Both the position numbers and the translations under genes were made by a program. The notes under the pieces were generated by a model that was not told the DNA's origin, searched no databases, and was given only the letters and a program-made list of their open reading frames with translations. A DNA stretch of 52,845 nt from Polymyxa betae A26-41 (taxonomy: Eukaryota; Protista; Endomyxa: Phytomyxea). This document shows, in pieces, positions 11,591 through 22,577 of this stretch (position 1 is its first letter; every line of letters begins with the position of its first letter). Location of the stretch: positions 1-52,845 of the forward strand of contig RBZT01000850.1 of NCBI GenBank assembly GCA_003693705.1, in the 5' to 3' direction.

Positions 11591-12389
11591 TGAAATCACA
11601 AAAAGCCTACGGGAGCAATGAATAACAATGATCAAGCAGCAAATTCCAATGCTGACGGAGGATCTTGCCACGGATGTTACCAACCAAGCCGGTATTTCTT
11701 GGCGAGGATGTAACGTTATGTTTGCTGTTGCTATGCCAAAATAGACTTATCGCCAATTTAGTAGTGCATTGTAATGATAAGAGCCTCTCGGATGCTTGCA
11801 AACCAGGCTTTATTTGATTCCTATCCGGAGCTGGTGCGAAAGTTTTTTCAAGGAAAGACTGGATCTGAAACCCAAGCTCTCGGCAGAACCGATTAATTTG
11901 GTGGAAAAAGGCGGAAATTGGGAAATTTCTGTATCTCCCGGCCTTCACCACAACCAAAAGTTCATACTTTACTCTGGAGCTAGACTGTCTCTTCCAGTCA
12001 AATTTATTGCGTAACTTCAGAAGCAAGCCATTTGGCATACGTGCGCGGGACACCACGACAGAAGAGCCTACCATCAGCCTCTTCAGGTCGTAAGGGTCGA
12101 TGTTAGAGTTGATGGGATTGTTGGCGGTCGCCAAATACGAAAATTACTCCTGGTCAATGGGTATTCCTTCAACACAGCGACAACTGTACCTGTTTTAGCG
12201 TTTTCGCCCGCTCCTGCATCATTTGGTGCTGTCTGGGCGTGTCTTACAATCAAACCGGTTTTGGACGATGCCTTCATTGTGACGTTGGTGACAGCACAAT
12301 TTAATGGTCAGATCAAGCCTGAGCGTCCGGGGCCCGTCCTAATGACAGCCAAGGTTGACATGCCGATTCCGGCTGCATCTGGTCACTAC

Positions 12390-12580
12390 GTACTCCAAGA
12401 GTGCTCCAGGTGTACTCCAAGTGTACTTCAAGTGAATTCCAGGTGCACTCCAAGTGTATTCCAGGTGTACTCCAGGTGTACTCCAAGTGTACTTCAAGTG
12501 TACTCCAATTGTACTCCAAGTGTACTTCATGTGTACTCCAAGTGTACTTCAAGTGTACTCCAATTGTACTCTTGGTGTTA
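12390..12580. repeat. 11-bp minisatellite (GTACTYCARGT, about 17 units), bounded by short inverted ends; MITE-like insert
   Basis: Units counted directly. Ends ctccaagagtgc / gtactcttggtg are near-inverted; flanking triplets are gta / tta. Confidence 0.9.
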
Positions 12581-14990
12581 GATACAGTCTGTACCGATCT
12601 GCACCCGAACGCGCTCCAAGGCAAAGCGGGAATCAGTCTGCTGGTGCGACACGCGGCCAGCGCGCAACTCTTTCGGTCCTGCCAAGGAAACGATGGCGGT
12701 TTAGACCACCAGGGGAACAACATACATCGGCGTCTTTATCCCTCCTAGCGTCGACATTACGGATTACCGCCAGACACTGACGATACTGACGGATACCGTT
12801 GATGAGGTCAGCTCCCTGTTCGCTAAACCTGTTGCCATCATAGAGGATTTTCAATTCAAGCTGGGCCCCATCTCGGGGGATCACAGTTAGAACATTCGCG
12901 CTGGCCCGACTGAGGCCTTCACTGTGACTGTGCGCGCCCAGCTGGAGTTTTTGAACGCGCGCCTCACCCGATCCCCGAGGAGATGGACTTGGCTCAACCC
13001 TGGCTGTATGTCGATAGTTGATCTCTCCATGGCGAGCCCGTGGGCTTGGTTCCGCCGCGCCTTTTCATCACCAGACCGAATCGAACACTGCGCACAGCCA
13101 CTGAAACCAATGATGCAGGCACTGGCATCACTCTGGCGCTTGGACGGCGATCGGCTTGTCCGCCAGCTGAAAGCCGAGGATCCCTATGGTCCGGCGCTTC
13201 TCCACACAGCTCAAGAGATGGTTAAAAAAGCGTTCAACTCTACATGCCGTGGTATCCGATGTGCCTTGATTGGGATGGCTTGCTGGACTCACTCCGGAGA
13301 TATCATGACGTGGATTTCAACGGCAGCTGCACATCGGCTGGAAGGATCTGGCTAAGACATCCGATGGCTTCTTTCTGAGCTCGATTAAATGCCGACAATC
13401 AGTACCGGCTATCTGCTAGGGTCTGGTCGAGTATGATACGGCTGGTGTCCAAGTCGAAGGCGTAAGCAGAGACTGAGTTAAAGGTTTGATGTGTATTAGC
13501 GAAAAGCGGTAATCGGAATGATCTATGTTACGCTATATTCAGGTGTTAAATGGTTTCTAGGAACGTTCCAGGAATCTTCCAAGTTTTGCTGGTCGCGCTG
13601 GAAATGGACTGATGGGAGCTCGAGGGTTCTTCGGAATGTTCAACTCCTCTATAGGCTTCGCACTTCGTGGAATGGGTTGCGTTTATTGTTACGTTACCTG
13701 GGACTCTGGCAGGGACACAGGCCCTGACACTACCGGTATCTCGTTCTTCAAAACATTACTTTAACATTACTGCACTATGACCTATGTCGATATTCTCAGT
13801 TTTTGGAAAATAACGGTTGAGATAATGACCGCTCCGAAAAAGGACAGTAGGAGCTCCTAAAGTGACCATATGTGTCCTATAGGCCATGTGCCTAGGAAAC
13901 AGTACCGCCTGTTGATACTTGATGAAAATCAACGAATTATTGGGTGTCAAATCCAATCCAATCCAGGACAGAAACTGCGTGAGAGTCTGCGTAGCGCAGC
14001 CCCGGCCGTTGGTGGAATATTAAATAACAGGACCGCTGGTCCTAGTTGGTCCTAGTTGGTCCCCAGTCCTGGACTGGGACCGAGGCAAATATGATATTTG
14101 CCGTGACGAAGGCAAATTTCAAAGGATATTTGGATCGCGGGTCCCCAGTCATTGAATACTGCGTTCCAATAGAGAGAGAGAATGGGAGCGGAGGAGGTGC
14201 TTGCCTCTGATCATCTTTGCAGCAACCGTTTTTTTATTGACGGTTCCGCTGGCTCGTCTGCTGCGTCGGGCCCGACTCCGACGCCGCTTCCAACGATGTC
14301 GTTGTGTTCGTTGTTATTCAACTTCTAGGTTTTCAATGTTTGGATGTCTGCAGCGCATCTGTTTATATTGGAATTTCCCCGTTTTTAGACGGTAGGGAGC
14401 TCGGCCCGAAGGCATCCGGTACAGAAAACAGGAACTGTTAATGATTAATACGAAAGGACACTTCGCTATCCTTCAGTGAATTTGATATCTATATTTTTTT
14501 ATTATGTTTTTGGATCACATATTTTGCAAAAACCATGCTTCTTTGTAAAGCTTAAATAACAAACAGATTTCACTGTAATTACAATAGAAGAAACAATACT
14601 GTTATTTCCTTACTTTGTATGCCTTGTATACTTTTTTGTCGTCGCAACAGAGAATCTCCTCCGATTCGTTTCGTGACAATTCTTGCTGATGTGGATTCCC
14701 GTCATGATGATCTGAACAGCACAAATGCAAGCAATATAACGATGCCTTCGACTTGTGCTTAAGGCCCCGACAATGGGGCAACCCCATCAGCATTGTATGC
14801 ACGAAAAGTGATAACCAAGATTCCCACAACGAGGGCAGAGTAAAAAGCTGCGTGCCAAAGTCAGATCGCATATTGCAACCGGGTCCTAAAACACTGTGGG
14901 ACATGGGTCCTGGACCCATACAAAATCAGGGTGANNNNNNNNNNNTGTCTCCGACGGCCGTAGTTAATAATACATTATTTTACAAGCTCC

Positions 14991-15200
14991 AAACCCTATT
15001 ACATTACAAACCGCTACTTTTGCTGAAAATACAGGAGCCGAAAAATCTTTACGAAGATCAGGCTGGAAGATCTACCATCGACTCGNNNNNNNNNNNNNNN
15101 NNNNNNNNNNNNNNNNNNNNNNNNNNNNNNNNNNNNNNNNNNNNNNNNNNNNNNNNNNNNNNNNNNNNNNNNNACCATGAGGATATGATGAGCTCGTTGA
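14991..15200. repeat. Repeat of the family A upstream flank (partner at 21170-21372)
   Basis: aaaccct..acaaac.gc.a.tt.tgctgaaaata.agga.ccgaaa.atcttt.cgaagatcagg and atgaggatatgatga.ctc occur at both loci. Confidence 0.8.
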
Positions 15201-15442
15201 CCAGAATTTGAAGACAGAACTTGTGGAAAAGGACTTGTTGATGAGCGGTGACCACTTCAATGATTTGTATACTCCGAATCACCATATTTATGATATTTAT
15301 GGACTTTTGAAATTTTGAAGGGTTGCGCCTGATTCTTCGTTACAGCGTGATCATGTGGGTGGCGCCTCCTTATCATTGACATTACTTAAACAGAAACACT
15401 CCTCTGTTTGCACTCCATTGGCATCATTAACACACAGAGGTC

Positions 15443-16144
15443 ATGGCGAGCAGTGCTGCCGAACGTAGACATGGATGGCGCCCAGAGCATACAGAGGCTC
15501 TTCGACAGTACATGATCCAGAATGACCATTTGAAGGCGCTCACAGGCGGTGTCGTGAAATCGAATTGTCCGATCTTTGCAAATACAGATACGAGCTTTTT
15601 AGGCGGACGTGTTCGCTCGATGAGACAGAAACTTTCCAAGGGTGAATATAATTTGAAATTGAATTTTATGGCTTTTTTGAACGCGATTTGTAGAAAAGGA
15701 TTCGAATAGCGCATCGATTTTGATCATGGAGCAAGGAGTTCCTGAATGCAGCAATATAGCAGAGCCAAATGTCAAGAAAAGGGCAAGGTCGTCTTTGATA
15801 GGGAGAAAGACCATAAAACATGACCATCGTTCGGATTTGCTCCTTCATCGGTCTGGCGAATTCACCGACCGTATCGGAAAAGAAAGAATCTTGGTGGTGC
15901 TATCACACGTCTGTCATACCTCAATGAAATTCAAGGTATCGAACGTGGCAACGAGCTGATCGTCATCTTAAAAGATAAATTTTCCTCTGCTGCGTCGTTT
16001 ATCGATCCCAAAATCACAACGGTTGATGAGCTCATCAATGATCCTAAGAGCATGCTTTTGAATGCTCTGTTTGGTGAAGCTCCGAAACTTATGACTTACA
16101 CTATACAGCTGGGTAAGACTGTTGCCCTGTCAAGCGAGCAATAA
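15443..16144 (+). pseudogene. Two-exon gene remnant with Myb/SANT-like N-terminus
   Basis: GWRPEHTEALRQYM...RVRSMRQKL. GT-AG intron at about 15642-15693. Exon 2 needs a frameshift near 15948 to reach the TAA at 16142-16144. Confidence 0.35.
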
Positions 16145-16289
16145 AGGGGCCCAATGGAGAAACGGTTCGATCCGTTATTTTACTGACCGTTCGAAACGAT
16201 GATGCTGACTCAATGGAATCACTGTGATTTCAAAACTTTTATGTATCAAAGTGGCAATACAGGTGTACAACTTTTCGCACTGTTACTAT

Positions 16290-17975
16290 GAAAACAGCAG
16301 GCAGGGATCAAGCATTGTGACCAATATGTGAATTGGAACCCGCCTGCGATGCAGCGCCTGACTGGGCTGCAGCTGATGATGACGACAGGGTCGAACGACA
16401 TCTAAATGATCTCTCTAACCGAGTTGTCTGCGACAAACCAAACTGGAGATTATCAGGTGAATATGGAAAATTGTATTGAGATGAGAACAGGCAGGAACAT
16501 TCCAGAGGTTTGTTTACATGGCGCTGGCTGCGGAAAGTTCCGCAGAATGTCCGGGTGGCGGTCGCTGCTTTACACAACATTCTAGCTCTGCAAATTTGTC
16601 TCTCTGAGTCTAACTAAACTGAAATTGTTTTGTTTGACAATGCAGGATATGAGGTTCTGTATTACATAACTCGTTGCATTATCACTTTTGTAGCCTCGTG
16701 ATTCTTTGGGGTTTGCAGATGTGGCTTATTTTCTGGAAACGAAAAGTGACACTCCCGCGGCGTTTCTCGCGCACCAACAAGACAGCAAGGACGCCACACA
16801 TGACACATCAAGAGGGCAACAGCAAGGATGCCGTACCCTTCAGCAGCCACATATACACCAATGGTAATATGCTAGCAGGAAATATCCGCAGTCATGGGAT
16901 AGTAGCCGCTCCCGGGAATATTGTTGAACTCTTTCGGTTGAGGCATCTGCTGCTGTAACATAACTTCACTGTAGCATCATATCAGTGAGCGGATGGTCAG
17001 TATGGCCAGGATACGTACAGAGCGGGCATGGAGCTCGATTGCATCAGCAGAGCCAGTACGGCCAGGATCATGGACAGAACCGGGGCGGAATCCATAGTTG
17101 ATGGAATCGATCTGAGATGTGTTATGAAATGGTGGATGGAGGTTCGTTAGGAGACTCAGAGTGTGTTATGTAGACGGACGGATGAGCAGCAGATGAGTCA
17201 CACAGATAATGTTCCTCCGAAACACAGCGAAATCTATTCTCATTGAAGTTGGTTGCTTCCAAATTCACATCAGAATCCTTCACGATTTTCAACACCATTT
17301 AAAGTAAATTTGAAAGACTTTTCCCAATTGTTGAATGCAGCGATAGAGCTAATTGTTCAAGTTTTGTCCAATTTTTGGCAGAATCTGATGACATTCAGCT
17401 TCGAAGTCTTGATAGAATTGATGGCGTTACACAGATACTTGATGGTCTCAGTAAATTCTGACTGAAATCAGAACAGTCAAGGAGCCAGACACATTTGGTT
17501 AATTGGCATAAGTCGTTTCTATTCGTCGCCATCTCATTCTTGTTGGAACACTACAACGAAAGAAGTAAAACTTGAATATGATTGAGATTGCACCATTTCG
17601 CATCAGAATTCATTTAAGACATACAAAATTAAACAACATTAACACATGGTACCGGTACCGAAACTGTGAAAACAGGTTTAACAGATCACAGATCTCTGTC
17701 ATAAAGAACAATAGAGTAGTAGCAGAAACTCGACATGAAATAAGTCTTTCGAGGATATCGCTCACGTACAAATTTTCCTTGATTTCTTGCTTCAGATGCA
17801 GAGCAGCTTTGAAGACCAGAAAATGGATGCGATCAGATTCGAGACGATTTCTGTGAGCAATTTTCCGTCTTTCATAACGAGCTCAGCTGAAGTTCCTGCA
17901 TTTTGTAGTCTCTCTTTGAATGCTCATATCCAGGATAGCTTCCGGCCTCGATTTTGACAATGAATTCTGCGAAAC
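16290..17975 (-). pseudogene. Family A copy with transmembrane tail and 3' flank
   Basis: Colinear with the other copies. Tail reads QPKEFNNIPGSGYYPMT...GYGILAVALLMCHVW. Stops and frameshifts present. Confidence 0.8.
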
Positions 17976-18109
17976 AATTGTTGATTTGCTATTAAAAGGG
18001 AAACTAATTCCATCTGTCGACTGCCACGCACTTTTCCATCTGTCGCCAAACTACTTCGTCTCTCTCATCTCTGTCTCTCTCTCTCTATCAACCCGCTATC
18101 TTCTCATAC

Positions 18110-19435
18110 TCAACAGTCATGTGGTGCACAGGCGTCGGCCCCATAAAGAGAAAACGGGAAGTTGATCCAGCGCTTGCCCGGTGCAGCTATCGAGGAGCAA
18201 GTGGACGATCGAGATAAAGGCCTGAGCCATCCGTGGTTCAAATTTCCGATGAGCCTCAGTTGCCATGTTCCTGTTCCCGGTCGACAAAGCTTGTTGACAG
18301 GTCTTACATTGAAGAAATTAGTCATTGTATTTGGACTCAAGTGGATCATTCTTCAGGAATGAAGGTATACTTTTAATGCTGAGTGATCTTCCATTGAACA
18401 AATGCAGGTATATCAATTAGACGAAGAATATCTGCATCCTTTGAATGGATCTGTGTTAAGACTACGCGGATATGTTTGCAGACCGAAAGAGCAGAATCCT
18501 GATGATGTATCCCAATTCAGTACGGTTTGAGATCGCAACCAGATTACAATCGATCAGTCTCAATGAAATTCAAAATGACTATTGCATACCCTGGTTCCAT
18601 AGCAGGCTGCTGCCTCAATGCACACATTTCCTTCGAGAAATGAGAACGCATTTTTGGTAGCATGCTTGTATGAAAGAGTGGATCTAGATTGGATCCCGGA
18701 GTCCATAATCAAGAACGCTTTCGAGCAAGCAGAACCAAAGTTTTCCGTCAAATAGAAGGGTTTGTAAGAATCGGATGGCAAATGGGAATTAAAAAAATTC
18801 CTGGAGAAGAGTCCGGCTTTACTGCAATCGTATTGTAGAAAACACTCAGGTTGGTCAGGGTTTTTTGCAATTGACAAGGTTAGTGACTGAAGTTACAGAT
18901 TTATTGCATCTAGTATTGGGCAAAACGGTGACGCTTTTGCATAGCAAATAACTACGTTCGATGTTATTCAGATCAGATTGATCATGACAAAGAAGAAGGA
19001 ATCTTAGGACTAGCTAGGCAGTGGAGCAAACGACGAAATTTCAAATGAGACACGGGTGTGGCAAAGGGAATCTTTAACGCTTAAAATAATGATCGAAACG
19101 ATGATGTGTATTTTGGAGATGCACAGTTCTCTCCAGTTCGATCAAGATCAGATTCGGAAGTTGGCAAAACAAATCAATCAAAGAGGTTATCAACTACAGT
19201 TCAAGCAATTGAATCCTTCAAGTCCCCGGCTCAACCGAATGGGTTCAACACAATTCCCGGGAACGACCTCGATCCCATGACTCATGTCCCATCTCATCAT
19301 AACTCCGCGAAGGAAACTCTGGAAATTGTAGGGCTCAGCGCCCTTGGCGTTTGCGCCATACTTTTTGGCGTTTTTTTTCCCTTGTGGGCGTGTAAGAAAA
19401 TGGACGATGGTGTCAAGAGCGGTTCCGGAAATTAA
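18110..19435 (+). pseudogene. Pseudogene of unknown function ending in the family A-type transmembrane tail
   Basis: The last exon frame carries three in-frame stops upstream of QPNGFNTIPGNDLDPMT..TLEIVGLSALGVCAILFGVFFPLWAC. 5' limit approximate. Confidence 0.5.
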
Positions 19436-19734
19436 GCTGCATCTGCAAACCCCAAAGGACCACGGGGCTACAAAAAGTGAAAATTCAACGAGTTCTGTAA
19501 CGTCAAATACAAAGTATCATTACCTTTATTGTCAAACAAAGTATTTTCACAGCAGTTAGACTCAGAGAAACAGATTTGTGGTAAAATTGGTTATAATTCT
19601 TGATCCCTGCCTGCTGTTATCATGAATTTGTCGCCGTTTGGACTTTATTGTTTGTGGTGTATAAATCGGAGCTGTTCAGCATATCCCCTTTGAAAGATTT
19701 GTAGTCCCACTTTTATCAAGAGCGACGATGATGA

Positions 19735-21168
19735 TACAGGCATCTGCTGCTGTAACATAAGTCCACTGTAACATCAGATCAGTGAGTGCGGGGGTCAGTA
19801 CGGCCACGATACGTACAGAGCGGGCATGGAGCTGAATGGCATCAGCAGAGCCAGTACGACCACGATCAAGGACAGAGCCGGAGCGGAATCCATAGTTGAG
19901 GGAATGGATCTGAAATGTGTAATGAAATGATGAATGGAGGTCCGTGAGGAGGTTCAGAGTGTATTCTGCAGACGGACGGATGAGCAGCGGATGAGTCACG
20001 CAGATAATGTCACACAGAAACACAACTCTCATTGAAGTTGGTTGCTTTCAAATTCACATCTGAATCTTTCACGATCTTCAACACCATTTCATGAAAATTG
20101 AAAGATGTTTCTCCCCGCTCGTTGAATGCAGCGATAGAGCTAATTGTCGAAGATTTTGTCCAATATTGGCAGGAATCTGAAGACCTTCAGCTTCAAAGTC
20201 TTGATAGAATTAATGGCGATTCCCAAGATTCTTGATGGTCTCAGTAAATTTCTGACCGATTTCAAAGCAGTCAAGGAGCTGCATTTGAAATATTGGCCGA
20301 GATCGTATTTTTTCAACGCCATCTGATACTTGTTGGAACATATTTTATTATTGTAAAATTTATTTAAAAAGTACAACTTGCAATATGATCTAGATTACTG
20401 TCATTGCACCATTTCGCATCAAAATTTAAAATTTACAAAACTAAACAATAATAACACAAGGTTCCGAAACTGTTTAAAAGGTTTAAGAAATCACAGATCT
20501 CTGTCATAGAGAACAATGAGAATTGTAACAGAAACTTTCGAGGACATCGCTCTCGTACAAAATCTTCCTTGTTTTCTTGCTTCATATGCAGAACAGCCTG
20601 GGAGACCAGAAATGAATGCGATTAGATCCGAGACAATTTCTGTGAGTTCTTTTCCGTCTTCTATAACGAGCTGAGCTGATGTTTCTTCACTTCTTAGATT
20701 CCCTTTGAACGGGAATATTCAGGATAGCTTCCGGCCCCGACATGGACAATGAATTTTGCGAAATCATGCATAAGCGACCGAATCGACACTTATTCGTCTA
20801 TTCTCATCGATATCGCCGTCACCGTCCTCTCTCCAAAACCCTTCAAACTGGATCAACATCATCAAACACGAATGAAATTTCAGAATTCGATGACCTGCAG
20901 CGGCAATTTTGTCGTCACAAGTTTCGACCAGGAATTGCTGGATGACGTTTAAACAAAATGCAGACGGATTCGTGCCACGATGAAGCGACGGATCCTGTCT
21001 TTCCACATTCGGAGTGAAACGATTCTTCAGAAACGAGTACTTGAACATCTCGTTTTGCTGATTTGATATCAACAATTACTCACACATTCTGTGTGTTAAA
21101 CTTCTCGAATTCTCTTCGCCTTATCTATATCTGCATTCATTCTGCACAATATCGGGTCGTCTACAGAT
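19735..21168 (-). pseudogene. Family A, longest contiguous copy
   Basis: Contains all core blocks seen in the other copies; multiple stops and frameshifts. Confidence 0.85.
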
Positions 21169-21689
21169 AAACCCTAACCCTAATACAAAACAAACAGCAA
21201 TTTCTGCTGAAAATAAAGGAACCGAAACATCTTTTCGAAGATCAGGTAGGAACACCTGTTAAGGTTTTTGTAAGGGCTAAAGCTACCGTTGATGTGCAAT
21301 ACGAGAAGCCATCAAGAGCAGTATCATTGAACGACTCAAATTGGAATCTATGAGGATATGATGACCTCATCTTCTCTGACAACTATCACGAAATTATTGA
21401 ATAAACAATGTTACTGAATATTGATTGAAACGATAGAGAAACATGAATGAGAGTTTGAGAAGGTCTAAACCAGCTCAAAGACTTCACTTGAGCTCTGCCG
21501 CGACTTCCCTAAACGCGACTACCGAAACGTGATCTACACACTTTTGAATCGTTACACTTTTAAAAAGCTGACACTAATCATGGCAGTCGACAAAAGTCAA
21601 ATAAAAGAATTGCCGAGCAAGAGAAGTGCCGCTCACCTTCCCGAAAGGTACGATTAGTAGAACATTCCAATACATTCCAAACCTTTCAG

Positions 21690-22200
21690 AAACACAGCGG
21701 AATCTATTCTGAATTGAAGTTGGCTGCTTCAAGATCTTCAACACCATTTGATGTTGTGGAAACATCTTCTCCGTGTTCGTTGAATGCAGCGATAGAGCGA
21801 ACTGTTCAAGATTCTGGAATAATGGCAGGAATCTGATGACATTCGGCTTCGAAGTATTGATGAATTGATGGCGTTACACAGATACTTGATGGCTCCAGTA
21901 AAATTCTGGCCGAAATCAAAGCAGCCAAGGAGCCAGACACATTTTCATCACTATCTCATACTTGTTCGAACATTTTTGATAAACAAAATAGATGATTTAG
22001 ATCGCACCATTTCTCATCAGAATTTTAAACATACAAACCTAAACTATAATAACACAAAATCCCGAAACTGTTAAAGCAAGTTTAGCAGAGGAGAGATCTC
22101 TGACATATTGGACAATGAAAATAGTAACAGAAACTCGACATGAAATGAGACTTCAGAGGACGCGGCTCTCGTACAAAATCTTCCGTTTTTTCTTTCTTCA
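21690..22200 (-). repeat. Family A partial copy
   Basis: Colinear blocks from aaacacagcggaatct to ctctcgtacaaaatcttcc. Confidence 0.9.
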
Positions 22201-22577
22201 GGTTCGTTCGAAGCTCTGAAATTGCATTTCTCACTCTCTATTGGTTGCATGCCAGGAACTCATTAAAGTGAGCGTGTACTGTCTTGAAGAGGTCCATCGA
22301 AGACGATTCCTTCGAATTATGGAGGGAGGTCTTGGCAATGTCAGAGCACTAATCTGATGCATATTCGACGCTTTTCTTCTTCAGCTCACAAAATCCGGAC
22401 ATAGTTTAGATAAGCCATTTGCCTACCCTTTGTTTGGCTGGCCTATTAAAATGATCTCAATCTGAAATGGATCGATAATGCCCTTCTAGACCAATCGAAA
22501 ACAAATTACGGCGTTCGATGGTGAATTGGTGTATGTTTTATAAAAATTCCTGTTTTAAAGAGATTATTCATTATTGC

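Larger units (their letters stand above)
11010..13964 (+). mobile_element. Degenerate, internally deleted APE-type LINE
   Basis: APE endonuclease motifs in order: VTLVTAQFNG, GKAGISLLVR, GVFIPPS, PVAIIEDFQFKLG, TWLNPGCMSIVDLSMAS (about 12280-13040). Upstream GC-rich ORF1-like remnant with a degenerate knuckle (HTCAGHHDRR). Ends in (AATCC)3 at 13950-13964. RT core not seen; 5' boundary approximate. Confidence 0.7.

Noticed and set aside
12390-12580. CRISPR-like array
   Set aside because: Contiguous 11-bp units with no unique spacers, no cas genes, and a eukaryotic context.
12261-12780. Repetitive peptides (YSKCTPSVLQV / HLEYTWST) as real proteins
   Set aside because: Translation artefacts of the 11-bp minisatellite.
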